Assembly (NCBI GenBank): GCA_963764045.1
Contig: CAVXQW010000003.1
Location: 72,762-136,761 of the forward strand
Origin: an uncultured bacterium
Lineage (GTDB): Bacteria > Desulfobacterota > Deferrimicrobia > Deferrimicrobiales > Deferrimicrobiaceae
DNA: 64,000 bases
Direction of reading: 5' to 3'
Made by a program: the position numbers and the translations under genes. The stretch's first letter is position 1, and each line of letters opens with the position of its first letter. Shown in pieces: positions 63,959 to 64,000 of the stretch. The notes beneath the pieces were generated by a model. It saw only the letters and a program-made list of their open reading frames with translations, was not told the DNA's origin and did no database searches.

Positions 63959-64000
63959 GTGAAGCTTCCGGAACTTACCATCGGTCGTTACAAGGCGAGG
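63959..64000 (+). CDS. First 14 codons of a gene running off the window, possibly FabK/nitronate-monooxygenase-like
   Basis: GTG 63959 follows GGAGGGG and reads VKLPELTIGRYKAR. TATAAT lies at 63922-63927 upstream. The fragment is too short for a firm family call. Confidence 0.3.
   Translation, partial: MKLPELTIGRYKAR

Overview
High-GC (about two-thirds G+C by eye) chromosomal window from a diderm, respiratory or anaerobe-like bacterium, judged from a Tat-exported [NiFe] hydrogenase, multihaem cytochromes and a lipid A L-Ara4N pathway.

Gene content, left to right:
- An HD-GYP protein.
- A divergent hyp/[NiFe]-hydrogenase cluster: hypE-D-C-F plus the maturation protease on the minus strand; hypB-A plus small, large and cytochrome b subunits on the plus strand.
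- A 912-aa KaiC-like/PEP-binding protein.
- A Fic protein with a degenerate active site.
- gdhA, a CBS protein, an HtrA protease, acnA, mntP, tkt-tal-glk and a hybrid sensor kinase.
- A TatT-type TRAP transporter, then typA.
- A rubrerythrin-like gene followed by two tandem multihaem-cytochrome/NrfC/NrfD modules.
- A low-GC accessory island of about 8 kb (43.2-51.5 kb). It holds a disrupted, rearranged RHS polymorphic-toxin locus (glycine-zipper-like C-terminal domain plus a CPBP/Abi-type putative immunity gene), a decayed IS1634-family element and a toxin-antitoxin remnant.
- An MFS transporter, glgB, an MBL hydrolase and an arn (L-Ara4N) operon in which the ArnA formyltransferase domain is fused to ArnC.

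No rRNA, tRNA or CRISPR array was seen.

Two things affect the whole window. First, at least 15 single-base frame breaks fall in otherwise well-conserved genes, which looks more like indel-type assembly error than real decay. Second, there are several families of GC-rich palindromic intergenic repeats.

All family calls come from motif recognition by eye on the supplied translations and DNA. No database search was run.
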